The notes beneath the pieces were generated by a model. It searched no databases. It was not told the origin of the DNA and was given only the letters and a program-made list of their open reading frames with translations. A DNA stretch of 64,000 nt from Mobula hypostoma (taxonomy: Eukaryota). Below are positions 36,801 to 48,889 of the stretch, piece by piece. Every line of letters starts with the position of its first letter. The first letter of the stretch is position 1. The DNA is taken from positions 104,720,001 to 104,784,000 of the forward strand of contig NC_086108.1 in assembly GCF_963921235.1 (NCBI RefSeq). Reading direction: 5' to 3'. Made by a program: the position numbers and the translations under genes.

Positions 36801-36975
36801 GGACTTGGCGCAACCGGTCCAGGCTCAGGCACCGCGGCGCAGGGGCAGACCTCCCAAACAGAGGCCGATCCAGACTGTGGACATTGCGGGAGGTATCGCC
36901 GGTTCTGGGGGGGGGGGTTATGTGGCGACCCACTTTCTGGCACCCACGAACCGGCTCACGAAACAGCGCGTGTAG
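33846..36975 (+). pseudogene. pol: Gypsy pol (protease, RT, RNase H, integrase) in one frame with stops at 33901, 34861 and 35086
   Basis: VDTGA; YLDD; TVDAS/DRELLA/VADALSR; HNLAH...CMQC; HVDIVG/SDRG/VERFH. Confidence 0.95.
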
Positions 36976-37208
36976 GCAGAGGGCCGGCAGCAAAAAGGGC
37001 GCCAGGCCATCTTCACCAGCGGGGGGAAAATCCCGGGCGCAGAAAGGGTCTGGGAATATACATTCCCCACAGCAATCCCGCCCAGGGAGGGCGGGAACGG
37101 GAAGGCTTTAAAGCGGGCCGCGAAGTTTGAATAAATCTCTTTCATCGCAACTCTAACTCACCGACTCCGTGTGGTTATTCTAGCGCTGTGTGTAGCACAT
37201 CGCTAACA
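36921..37208 (+). repeat. 3' LTR (288 bp)
   Basis: Direct repeat of 32860-33144; about 10 substitutions and 2 small indels by manual comparison. Confidence 0.97.
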
Positions 37209-37789
37209 AGGGTTTGTAGCTTGGTATACCTGGTGCAGATTTGCTTCCCACATCCCACAGACAGTACAAAACACTGCCCCTGGAGCCAATGTCTATGTAC
37301 TAATAGATGAGGAATGAACAAATAAGAACACAGTAACTTACAAGACAATTTGCCCCACCCAAGCCTGATCTCACCTAAGCCTGATGAACTCTAAAGACTG
37401 GTGCACTCACAAGAATGGCCACACCTCTTGTACCTACACTACTTGGGTTCTCCCTCTCTAATGAATTCTTCTTGCTGACTGTTCGTTCCTCAGATCAGAA
37501 AAACTGCTGCAGAACTCTGCATTTGAAATCTCTGTCACCACCCTGATTAAAAAGTAGCTCTTTTCACGCACCCCTGGTGTGGATTGTCCAACTCAAAGAA
37601 AACTAGCCTGAAGCTCCGCTTTTTAAATCTTGAACGCGGACCTGACTGAAAGGTAGCTCTTTTTAACCAATGCTGCTTGCTGACTGGATGCTCCAAACGG
37701 AGGGATATGGATCATAAACAAGCAGAAGGGATTAATTTAACTTGGAATCATGCTTGGCACAGTCATCCATTACAGAAGATCCTATTCCT

Positions 37790-38285
37790 GAGCAAAACAC
37801 ACAAAAATGCTGCAGGAACACAGGCAGCATCTATAAGGGGAATAAACCGTTGATGTTCTGGGCTGTAACACTTTGTCAGAACTGGAAAGGCAGGGGACAG
37901 AAGCTAGAGCAAGAAGAAAATGGGAAAAGGAGGAGTAAAATAGGCAGTTGATGGGTGAGACCAGGTCAGGGGAAGGGTGGAAGGGTGAGGAGAGAGGAAT
38001 GAAGTCAGAAGCTGGGAGATGATAGGTGGAAAAGGTAAAGGGCTGAAGGAGAAGGATTCTGATAGAAGAGGATAGGAGAAAGGGAAGGAGGAAGGGATCA
38101 GAGCGAGGTGATGCACAAATGAGGAGAAGAGAAGGAATGAGAGGGTGACCAGAATAGGGAATGGAAGAAGAGAAAAGGTGGGAAGGGAAGCAATTGCCAG
38201 CAGTTGGACAAATTGATGTTCCTACCATCAGGTTGGAGGCTACCCAGATGGAACTTGAGGTGCTGTCCCTCTAACTTGTGCTGCA
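37790..38285 (-). mobile_element. PLE family 2, 3' portion
   Basis: KLEGQHLKFHLGSLQPDGRNINLSN, pyrimidine tract and decayed terminal repeat. Confidence 0.8.
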
Positions 38286-39254
38286 CTGTTCTATGGATGA
38301 ACTAAAGACCCCTGTAGAATTTGTGTGGGGGTGTGCGTTCACCCATTGCCCATTCCCAGCAGGGAGTTGCACATGCATTGCATCCTAGCAGCTAGGGTGC
38401 TGCAGCTCCAGTGCTACAGCCCACATCCTCAAGCTGCAGTAAATGCAGAGTCAGTGCATTGTTCCTTTATTGAATGACAAAGAATCAGGAAAATGTGCTG
38501 TAAATGATGCGCATCAATCTGTATCTAGCAGCAACACATATTACAATCCAAAATCATGTCTTGTAACATTATCAGTTGGAACTAATGGGTAACTGCTAGG
38601 TTAGACATGAATAAAATATTTTTAGTGTGAACGTAGCAAGGTTAAGAAAGGCATTAAAAATTATTAAAGAGTAGAGATAAAGTGAACCTAGAATATTACC
38701 TCGAGCCATAAATTCAAAATGATGAAAAGTAAATCCAAAATGGGATCTTAGAAAAATATTCTCTGCTTAAAGTATAATAACCATTCACAGGTATAAAAGG
38801 GGAGTCAAGCAATGGAGAATGATCATTTTCACAGCTCTGAATAGCTGTCAAGCCATTAGAGGGTATGGTACTTAAGTAACAGGACTAACATACAGACAGC
38901 CAGGCTATTGATTCTCACCGCAGCTGCCAAGGCACTTCAATTCAAATAATTAAATTAATCCAGCATAAAATACCACTATCAGTAAACGTAAACCTGCCGA
39001 ATTCTTGTTATAAAACCCCATCTGGTTCACTGATAGCTTTCAAAGGAGGAAATCTACCAGTCCGACTTCAATGTGACTCTCTACCCACTAATCAAATTGA
39101 TGCATAACAGGCAATTGTAAGCCAACCACTCTATCTAGGAGCCATTGAGACACTGACAATAGTTGCTGACCTTGTCGGTGACAGCCACATTTCGATATGT
39201 GAAGTAATATGTATTCTGGTGATGAATCGTACACTGTTTGATCAACAGAGGTTT

Positions 39255-39745
39255 GAATCATAGAACATAGAACACCATAGAACAGTACAGGCCCTTTGGC
39301 TCATGATGTTGTGTCAACCTTTTAGCCTATTCTGCGTCCAATCTTCCGCACCCTTCCTCTAATGAGGTGATCAGAACTGAACCCAAGCGTGGTCTAACCA
39401 GGGTTTTATCGAACTGCAACATTACCTTGCAGATCCTGAACACAATCCCCCGACTAATGAAGGCCATATGCCTGTGTAAACATCTTACTTCTGACATCAC
39501 CTCCCCTATAATTTCCTCCAGTCACCTTAAAATTATACCCCCTCATGTAAGCCGTTTCTGTCCTGGGAAGAAGTTTCTGGCTGTCCAGTCATTCTATGCT
39601 TCCTTACCATCTTGCATACCTCCATCAAATCACCAATCATCCTTCTTCGCTCCAAAGAGAAAAGCTCTAGTTCGTCCGACGTATCCTTAGACAACGTGCT
39701 CTCTAATCCAGGCAGCATCCTGCTAAATCTCCTCTTGACCCTCTG
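39255..39745 (-). mobile_element. CR1 3' fragments
   Basis: QRVKRRFSRMLPGLE...ELFSLERRRMIGDLMEV. Confidence 0.75.
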
Positions 39746-40627
39746 TGAAGATTTGAAAGTGGTGTGAGAAATTTTAGGGAGAGGTTGGCAGAATAGAACC
39801 TGTAGCAGGCTGAGGGGTGACCTTATACGACTGTAGAAAGTCATGAGTGGTGCAGATAGTTAGAACGTACTTGACCTTTTACCTCAGGGAAAGGGAATCA
39901 AAACTAGAAGGCATGGGTTTAAGGTGGGAGGGGAAAGATTTAAAAGTATCTTGGCCAGAAACTTTGACTGTTTACTCTCTTCCATAAATGCTCCTGTGTT
40001 CCTCCAGCATTCTGTATGCTTTGGATTTACTTTTTTTTAAATCTCTGCAAGATTTGATCAAGGCGCTTCAGCACTAAACTAACTTTGCAGCTCCGACCTG
40101 CAACCATCAGTCCCTGGACCAGCTACACTTGCCTCAGTGTTGAACTGGCTCTGTGGCTGTGGAGTCATTTTCAGGGACACCGCAGTTAACGTTTGAAAGA
40201 CTCAAAGTACATTTATTAATGAAGTATGTATGCAGTATACAACCCTGAGATTCATCTTCCCACAGTCAGCCACAAAACAAAGAGGAGCATGGAATGTGTT
40301 CAAAGAAAAAGATCTGTGTGTTACTTGCTTATTTTTTACTAAAAAAAGTTTTGTATGGTTTGTTCTTTTTCATACATTGGGTGTTTGATGGTTTTCTTGT
40401 GTGGGTTTTTTTTTAATGAGTTATATTGAGTTTCTTTGTTTTGTGGCTGCCTGTAAGGAGACAAATCTCAAGGTTGTATATTGTATAGATACTTTAGTAA
40501 TAAATATACTTTGAATTTTGAACTTTGTGTTGTTATAGATTTATGGCACCTACGGAATTGATTGTGTTTAAGATTTGAAAGGAATTTCAATGGAGACTTC
40601 ACGCAGAAGGTGATACATATGCAGAAC

Positions 40628-43553
40628 TGTTGTGTCTGTGCACAGCTACAAATCAATTAAATAAAAGCACACATGTGGGAGATGGCTTTAACTGGTGTAT
40701 TCACATTGCAGTGAGCAAGAGAACAATGCACGTGTGCAGGCAACAGATCATCATGCAGTATTTGGGGGGGGGCCTCATTGTTCTAAAAGAAACAGGTCCA
40801 TACATTACACTTTCTCTCCTTTTAGACTAATGCAACATAAAACTATTTATGTACAAAGCATTCAACTTCCCTTTCATGAACCCATATTCCAAATAAACAT
40901 GACTTCACAATAATAGTCCGTAACAACTTCATAGTTCTAAAGGTTCAGTATTTTGGGTGGTGCTCTGTTTCTTTCAGGATAGTGCCTCTGGATCTGTGGT
41001 AGGGGTCTTGTCTAAGATAACGTTCTCATTGCACCTCTGGACCTGTGGGGTGGCACCAGGTTTGGTAGGGGTCTTGTCGAAGACAACATTCTTGGTTTCC
41101 GATGTCACTTTGCTGTCAGTGACATGATCATCACTGGTGACTGTAATGTGTCCATCTTGTTGGATGAAATCGACTCGGTTGTGATCCTTGGTTGAGCATC
41201 CATTATGTACGTCAATGGTCCAGATCTTGTAGCTGTAGCTATCCTACAAAATGTCCACTTGTCTTCTTGGTAATCATGCGCTAGGATTTTCTGTCCAATT
41301 TCGAAGCTCCTTGCTGCTTCATTTGGCAACTGGCTGAACTGCTTATTCTTCACTTCCCTCCATAGATTTGGGTTTGGGAGGTCTATGAGATCTCTCATAG
41401 ACCTCCTGAAACCTATGAACAACATTGCTGGTGTTTGATTTGTCATAGCATGAACAGAGATCCAATACACAAAAAATTGTCCACCTTGTGCTGTAGAGAA
41501 ATGTACTCCTTGTCCACTTTAATGGACTTATTGAAGGTTTGGATAAATCTTTCAGCTAACATATTTGTTGCTGGGTGGTGAGGAGATGATTTGAAATGTT
41601 TGATGTCATTTTTCTTCATGAACTGTTGGAATTCTTCTGATGTGTACTGTGGTCCATTGTCACTCACAATTTATTCTAGTAAGCCTTTTCTGGTGAAGAT
41701 AGTTCTCAGAGCAGAGACAGTCCTTGCTGAGGTGGTTGACTTCATTGGTATGACCTCCGGCCACTTCGAATGAGCATCCACAGCAAACAGAAACATGGAG
41801 TCCTAGAATTGCCCAGCAAAATCAGTATGTACTCTTTGCCATGGTGAAGATGGCCACTTACACGGGTGTATTGCTGCCTGTGGGGTGCATTATGAACTTT
41901 TTGGCATCCCGAACAGCTTTTGGCCAAGTCTCCGATCAGTTTAACTATTCCCTCCTCAAACACCTTCTGATTAGCATTAAGCAGCTGTGACAGTCTCTGG
42001 TTAGTGCTAACATTTGGGTTGTGGTTGCCTGTTGATGTCACACTAAGAGCTTTGATTGAGTGCCAGTCTAGCTGGATTTTTCTTAACCATTCACATCCAA
42101 AAAGAGCGGGCCCTCCACTTTTCAATACATAAAGCTCTAACTGTTGTGTTTGGCCTCTATATGTCACATTTACTTTCAGCTTGCCTTTGGGAGACACTTT
42201 TTTGCCTGTGTAAGTCTTTAGTATCACTGAGTTCTTCTATAATAGTATCTTAGAAAACAGTCTGTTGTAGTCAGCCTCTGGAATTATGGACAAAGCTGAC
42301 CCTGTATCCAGCTCCATTTTTAGTTTTACACCAGACACATCTGTTGTGGTCCAGATGAGTTTGTGATCCGTTTCAGTTATACTGTGCAATTCCAGGCATG
42401 GCAGTTTACCTTTGTCAGACTCTATGTTGCCTGATTCTGTTTTACATTCAGTAATTTAATGCATTTGTTTGGTTTTGTGTTTGACACTTGTCACCCAGTT
42501 GTGCTTTTTGTCTGCCTTGCACATTCTCTCTATGTGACCTTATCTGTGTCACTTTCTGCAGACTTTTTCTTTTAACCAACAGTCATTTGCATCATGAGAG
42601 GATTTGCTACATCAATAACATTTTTGTCTTTTTGCACAATTCATGGACATTTTGTGCATTCCCCATTCTAACCTCCTTTTCTGTAGTTCCGATACATCCT
42701 TTGCTGCAGTCTCTAATAATATTGCAATGGTCATTGCCTGTTCTAAGGTTAGATCTCCTTCTGCCAGTAGCCTCATGTGAGTGCTTTGACAGTGCATGTC
42801 ACATACAGGCTTATCCCTTAATGCATCAGCGAGTCCATCTCTAAAGTCACAGTACTGGGAAAGCTTGCACAGTGCTGCAATGTATTCAGAAAGGTTTTCA
42901 CCTTTTGACTGGCTCATTTTGTAAAATCTTAATCTTTCAGCTATTACCAGTGGTTTAGGGCTCAAGTGACTTTGAAATTGCAACCATTTTGTTGAACATC
43001 TTGCTTGCTGGCTTTGCAGCATTGCTAAATTGGATAAAAGACTACTTTTTTGCACCCATTGAGCTAAGTGTAGGGGCTTTCTTTTACTCCTGCATGTTGT
43101 TTGCATTACAAGATGGTTCAGCCCACTTGATATATGACTCCCAGCCTTTACTAGCGCTATCAAATTTGTCAACTTTCCCAACCGAAACCATCGGCATGTT
43201 ATTTTCACTTTAATTTCAGCGCTTCCTTCACTATTACTCATGCGTTCCTTTGTTAATGTCCGTGATGGCTTTCTCGTGCTGTTTAACTCTCGCTGTTTTG
43301 TCCTGTAACTGTTGGTGCAGGTCATGATATTCTCTGACATTCAGGTTCGTACTTGTTGCCAATTTGTTGTGTCTGTGCCCAACTATATATCAATTTAATA
43401 AAAGCATGCATGTGGGAGATGGCTTTAACTGCTGAATTAACATTGCAGCGAGAGAGGGAGAGAGAGAAAACAATAGAAAATAGATCAATTTTTTAGTGCT
43501 TAGATGGGGGTGGGGCGGCCATTGGCTTAAAAGAAATAGATCCATACATTACA
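40628..43553 (-). mobile_element. Old Mag-like Gypsy element with RT/RNase H deleted
   Basis: LTRs 40628-40809 and 43365-43553 (TGTAATG...ACAACA on minus); TSD AGAAC/GGAAC; gag PKPLVIAERLRFY; protease MELDTGS; integrase SDNGPQYTS...LAERF; PPT 40810-40823; inserted in a + strand CR1. Confidence 0.9.
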
Positions 43554-44071
43554 GGAACAAGCTTCCAGAAGAAGTAGTTGAGGCAGGTACAGTAACAGTT
43601 AGAAGACACTTGGGCTGTTACGTGGATCGGAAGCGTTTAGAGGGATATGGGTCAAACACAGGCAAATGGTGCTTGTTTAAATTGGCATCTTGGTTCAGTA
43701 TGGATAAGTTGGGGTGAAGTTTCTGTGCTATCTCTATGATCATCCCCCTGCTGTCAGCTATCCAAGTGTATGACATGCTTAGTCCCCTAACTAAAGAACC
43801 TTCCCTCTCCCTCCCCCACTTTCATACAGCTAGGACACTCATTCTAGAATGGTCCTGACTCAGACCATGCTTCACTGTGGACTATCTGCTGGCTCTTCTA
43901 TTTCGCTTGTTGAAGCTTACTCCCCTCTGCATACTCTTCAGCTGTGGGGTGGTTGCTTGCTCAAATATGTTATCTACATTCTACAACACACACACACACA
44001 CACACACACACCCCTAAACCAGAAGTGGGTTTGGAAAACTGCTTTGGGCTGGGTGCTGAGGTCTGGCTCAC

Positions 44072-44320
44072 TGATGCACTATCAATTACTCCAAAAGACT
44101 GGAAGTAGAGTAGATACTGAAAGGCTTTTATTAACAGTAAATGGATCCACGTCCATTCTGAGTATCTATCCTGGACTGAGGGAGGAGCAGTGACACAATC
44201 GCCTTTATTCAGGGGTCTGTGGGAGGAGCCACAGGAGCAGTCAGCAGAGGGGTGTGTCCAGGCATGTCCAGACAGGTAACCCAGTTACAACATATATATA
44301 TATATATATATGGTTTACCA
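44072..44320 (-). mobile_element. Probable solo LTR (copy A)
   Basis: Minus strand TGGTAAACC...AATAAAAGCC...GTGCATCA; related to 44485-44712. Confidence 0.6.
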
Positions 44321-44484
44321 TAGGCACAAGAGTGTTTCGCTGCAGCAGGGCCTGGGTCCTGGTGCATGTCACAATCTGGGACAACTTAAACGTCAGCCCA
44401 GGTAGAATGGAAAGGCAGGGTATCGGGACCGGAGGTGAGGGTCGAGCAGATTCTGCTCACTCTTCTGCGATGTTCACTCCTCTT

Positions 44485-44712
44485 GAAGCACCTTCAATTA
44501 CTCCAAAGGACTGAGGTTTGGTAAAATACTGGAAGGCTTTTATTCGCTGTACAATACGACCTCCACAGTGAGTGTCTGTCCCCGGACTGAGGAGGAGGGG
44601 CAAGGCGAACACCTTTATACAGGACTCTGTGGGAGGAGCCACAGGGGCAGTCAGCAGAGGGGTGTGTCCAGACAGGTAACCGAGTTACAACATATATACA
44701 TGGTTGTATATA
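44485..44712 (-). mobile_element. Probable solo LTR (copy B)
   Basis: Same family as copy A; minus-strand TATAAAGG and AATAAAAGCC; CTCT on both flanks. Confidence 0.6.
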
Positions 44713-45600
44713 TCTCTCCGCAATGCTGAGGCCGTGAGACTGCTCCAGCCGCTGTGCGCTTTGTGTCTGCGAGCTTCGTAGTGGTTTGCCCCGCTATATG
44801 ATGAACAGAGACTGAGGCTTTGGGCCTACTCTGGCTGCTCCTGGGATCCGGGTCCGTGGACTCAGTTTGGTTCAGAATGCTGTTGCTTGCTTCTGTTGTC
44901 TGCATGATTTGTGTTCTTTTCCCTCTTTCTCTGTGTACTGGGTGTTGGTTCCTTGTTTTTAATGGGTTTCTTACTTTGTGACTGCCTGTATGAAGACGAA
45001 TCTCAAGTTTGTACAATTTATACATAGTTTGATAATAAATGTACTTTGATAATAAATCCTTTGAAACTAGTAAATGTGATGCTTTACATTATCAGTGATT
45101 AGAAGATCAGAGTTTAATTCCCGCCACTGCCTTTAGGGTGCTTATATGTTCTCCTCCTGACCGAGTTCGTTTCCTTCCACATTCCAAAGACAGGCAGGTT
45201 AGGGTTAGTATGTTATTAGTAATTTAGCAATACAGAACGGAGTAGGCCTTTCTGGCCCTTCAAGCCATGCTACCTGATAAACCCAATTAAGTCTAACCTA
45301 ATCATGGGACAAATTATAATGACCAATTCACATACCCAGTACATCTTTGGATAGTAAGTTATGGGCATGCTATGTTGGCGCTGGAAGCATGGCGATACTT
45401 CTGGTCTGCCCCCGGTGCGAATTCAGACTGTGTTAATCTTTAATATTAAACCTCTGACATCTCTTTCAGTAGTCAGGCCATTGTCTCTGTAACGCCACTC
45501 CTCTCTCCACAATACTGCCCGTCCTGTCCAGCATTTTCTGATTCCAAATGGTATTTTCCAACCTTCTTGTTTTACAAATACTTCTTAAGGTGTTGCATTG

Positions 45601-45919
45601 TGTGATGAGAGCCCTAGGTGAGGATGGTAAGGACTCAAGTGCTGGAGTATCCGAGACTAGAATCGAGACACGATACGTGACTGAGGTGAGAACAACATTC
45701 TAAACTAGACGGCAATCGGGAACCCGAAGTAGGGCTGACAATTGAGCACCGAACCTCAGTTCAGGTGCCCTATAAATATTAAAATCCTGGTGCCAAAACA
45801 TGGCCGCCAATTGGCGGGATGGGCCTGAGTCTTTAAAGGGCTGCATCAGTTATCCATAGTCTGGAGAGTCAGAGCGTCTAAATCCCAGAAGCTGGCGCGG
45901 TTGGCTGAGTATCATCATA
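45601..45919. mobile_element. Possible solo LTR
   Basis: Termini TGTGATGA...TCATCATA; flanks GCATTG/GCACTG; internal TATAAATA; CpG-rich relative to flanks. Confidence 0.5.
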
Positions 45920-46584
45920 GCACTGAAGCAAGCATTCTTTGTTCACAGTCAGCTAGCAGAGAAAACAATAAAATAACTCACCACATCATCTGCCGGGTGA
46001 AAAGGGTACACTTTTCAAGAATACTTGGATATTATTTGTTGCTTCTGTAATCTCTTTGCTCTTCACATAATTGCATTGGCATTAATTTTTGTCTGAAGAA
46101 ATGAATTGTGTAAAAATGTATATAAACTTGCCAACTGATCCATTAAAAAGCTTTTAGAACTATTTACAATATAAAATATTAGACTGCATGCACTCTCTTC
46201 CTGTGGTAATGATGGATGAGAACTGTAGGCATAATTATCTGAATCTGTTAGAAGTGCAGATCAGATAAATGAATCATTATAGTTGGAACTAATAACTCCC
46301 TAATCTCAAGTGACTGTTAAAATTGTCCATTCAAACACTTTTAGATGGAATATAACATGCCCTGTGTTGTAAGCTGTGTCCCATTTTAATAATTTCTGAC
46401 TTTATTAAAGATTTTATAAATTTTGGCACATTATTTGATTAATACAATAAAATTCCACATTGTCAGGCTGGTGATGGTTTACCTGGAGTGTCAGTGACCC
46501 ACTCAGCATTAGGTCAGCTATCTTCCAACAGCCTGAATCAATTCAACATCACATCTAAACGCTTTCACAGAAGGAATAAAGGCA

Positions 46585-47620
46585 TCTCTACTTTTCTAAA
46601 TGGGGAGGAAAATTCAAAAATCAGAGATGCAAACCGACTTCATGCAGGACTCCCTAAAGGTTAACTTGCAGGTTGAGTTGGTGGTATTGATGGCAAATTC
46701 GATGTTAGCATTCATTTCGAGAGCTCTATAATACAAAAGCAAGGGTGTAATGCTGAGGCTTTGTAAGGCATTGGTCAGACCACACTTGGAGTACTGCAAG
46801 CAGATTTGGGTCTCTTATCTAAGAAATGATGTACTGGCATTGGAGACGGTCCAGAGGAGGTTCACAAGAATTATTGCAGGAATGAAGGGGTTGACGTACA
46901 TGGAGCATTTGATGGCTCTGGGCCTACACTCACTGGAGCTTAAAAGAATGAAGAGGGAAATAATTGAAATCTATTGAATATTGAAAAATCTAAATAGAGT
47001 GGATGTGGAGAGGATGTTTCTTTTTATGGGGGAGTCTAGGACCAGAGGGCACAGAGTTGAGGGACGTCAATTTAGAACAAAGATAAGGAAAAAATTCTTT
47101 CACAGATGAGAAAATCTGCCGATGCTGAAAATCCAAGCAGCACACAAAATGATGGAGAAACTCAGCTGGCCAGGCAGCATGTATGGAAAAGAGTACAGTC
47201 GATGTCTCTCGCTGAGTCCCTTCAGCAAGACTGGAAAAAAAAAATGAGGAGTCGAGTTTGAAGATGGGGGGAGGGGATGGAGAAACACAAGGTGAAAGGT
47301 GGAACTGAGAGGGGAGGGGCGAAGTAAAGAGCTGGGAAATTGATTGGTGAAAGAAATACAGGGCTGGAGAAGGGGGAGTCTAATAGGAGAGGACAGAAAG
47401 CCATGCAAGAAAGAAAAGAGGGGAGGAACACCAGAGGGAGGTGATGGGCAGGAAAAGAGATAAGATGAGAAAGGGAAAAGTGCTCGGTTAGTCGGCGCAT
47501 CAAAGGTTATGGGTAGAAGGCAAGAGAGTGGGGTTTAGAAGTCATGGTGGAATGTTTGAGCAGATTTGATGGACCAAACTAACTGAATTCTGCGCCTATG
47601 ACTTACAGCCTTATGGTCTC
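46585..47620 (+). mobile_element. CR1 3' portion with a minus-strand PLE terminus inserted (~47101-47480)
   Basis: LVRPHLEYCKQIW; insert has the reverse PLE terminal repeat and a purine tract. Confidence 0.8.
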
Positions 47621-48189
47621 ACTGTCAACTGTTCACTTGCTTCCATGGATGCTGCCTGACGAGCTGAGATCCTCCAGCACGTTGTACATGACGCCAGAAT
47701 ATAGAACATACACTGTAGCACTCTATCGGCCTTTTCACCCGTGAATGTTGTGCCGATCTTTAAACCCACTCTAAGACCAATATGAGCCTTCTCTCCTACA
47801 TACCCTCTGTATTTCTCTCATCCATTTGCACATTTAAGCACCTTTTAGATCCCCCTCATGTATCTGCCTTTGCCACCACCCCTGGCAGGGTGTTCCATAC
47901 ACTCACCACCCTCTGTGATGATGATGATGATGACATTATCCTATTTCATACAGTCCTTGCCTATATGTCCATATATATTCTGAAAAAAAAATCAACATTA
48001 CATCTAAAAACTAGGACAACATTGTACTCCACAGAAACACCTGGAGACCCAACCACTAACCTCAGTCACCACTTACTCTTACTCACACTGATCCAGGTCG
48101 GCCTCTCCAGCTTCCTGAGGACCCACCAATGGACAACCCCTTTGGAGATCGCAAAGCTGGTACTATTCTGGGACAAAGTTAAAACTCAT

Positions 48190-48720
48190 GGAGCCACAGA
48201 TATGTTGGTTTCTGATAATGACAAGAAACTTGCACGGGAGAGTTTTTCAAGTGGAAAAAGCTGTTGCACTGGGTCACTTCCACTCTCTTGACCTTGGAAG
48301 TCTGGGCCCAGTGGTACAAGTATATGAGTGGTTGTCACAAACTTGAGTCTTCCTTGGTTGTTGTGGTTGACCACGACGTCTTCTGTGCCTTGCCATGCCC
48401 TTTGCTCAATGGAGTGCTGCAGAGCCACGTTCCCGGCCATTGTAGATCTTATCTGGGTAGCCAGAGCTGACGTCACATGTTAGGGCAGGCATGTCCTTAT
48501 CTCACTGGAGCTCGAGGCCCGCTGACTACCCTCACCTGGTTTAGACGACCTATTGAAGTGCTGTAATGCAGTGTGGCCGCTGTCAGATGCAAACAGGTAC
48601 TTGGAGCTACAGGTGCGAATTAAATGTCTGGTGAGGCCCAAAGGTGAGAGAGCTGCCCCAGAATGGACATGAAAAGCCCCTCCACCCGAGGAACTACCCC
48701 TCCCTGCGCACCCCATACAG
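48190..48720 (-). mobile_element. Older relative of the 1333-1895 element
   Basis: Shared blocks CTACCCCTCCCTG...CCATAC, GTGTGGCCGCTGTC...TGCAAACAG, CTACCCTCACCTGGTTTAG. Confidence 0.75.
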
Positions 48721-48889
48721 TTCTGGTGTACAGAAGAGGTACCACAGAGGTACAGTGTAGAATTCGGCCCTTTCGACTCACTAAGTCCACACTGACCTTT
48801 TTGTCCATCTATACTATCCCATTTGCCCGCATTAGTACCGTATCTGTTTAATCCTTACTTATTTTCATTGTCTGTCCAAAAGCCGCCCA

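Larger units (their letters stand above)
32860..37208 (+). mobile_element. Ty3/Gypsy LTR retrotransposon, CsRN1/Kabuki-like, full length but defective
   Basis: TG...CA LTRs; 4-bp TSD AGGG (32856-32859, 37209-37212); tRNA-Trp PBS; G11 PPT at 36907-36917; order gag-PR-RT-RH-IN. Confidence 0.97.
28670..37700 (-). mobile_element. Near full-length degenerate CR1 LINE hosting the Gypsy provirus and a ~380-bp insert
   Basis: ORF1 SGNH-like VHIGTNDIG (32224-32415); APE GVIYRPPN...VMGDFN (30930-31202); RT remnants 28760-30420; ORF1 N-terminus resumes after 37212. Confidence 0.92.

Noticed and set aside
43986..44010. (CA)n and other microsatellites (44292 TA, 47916 GAT, 53803 GA)
   Set aside because: Ordinary simple repeats
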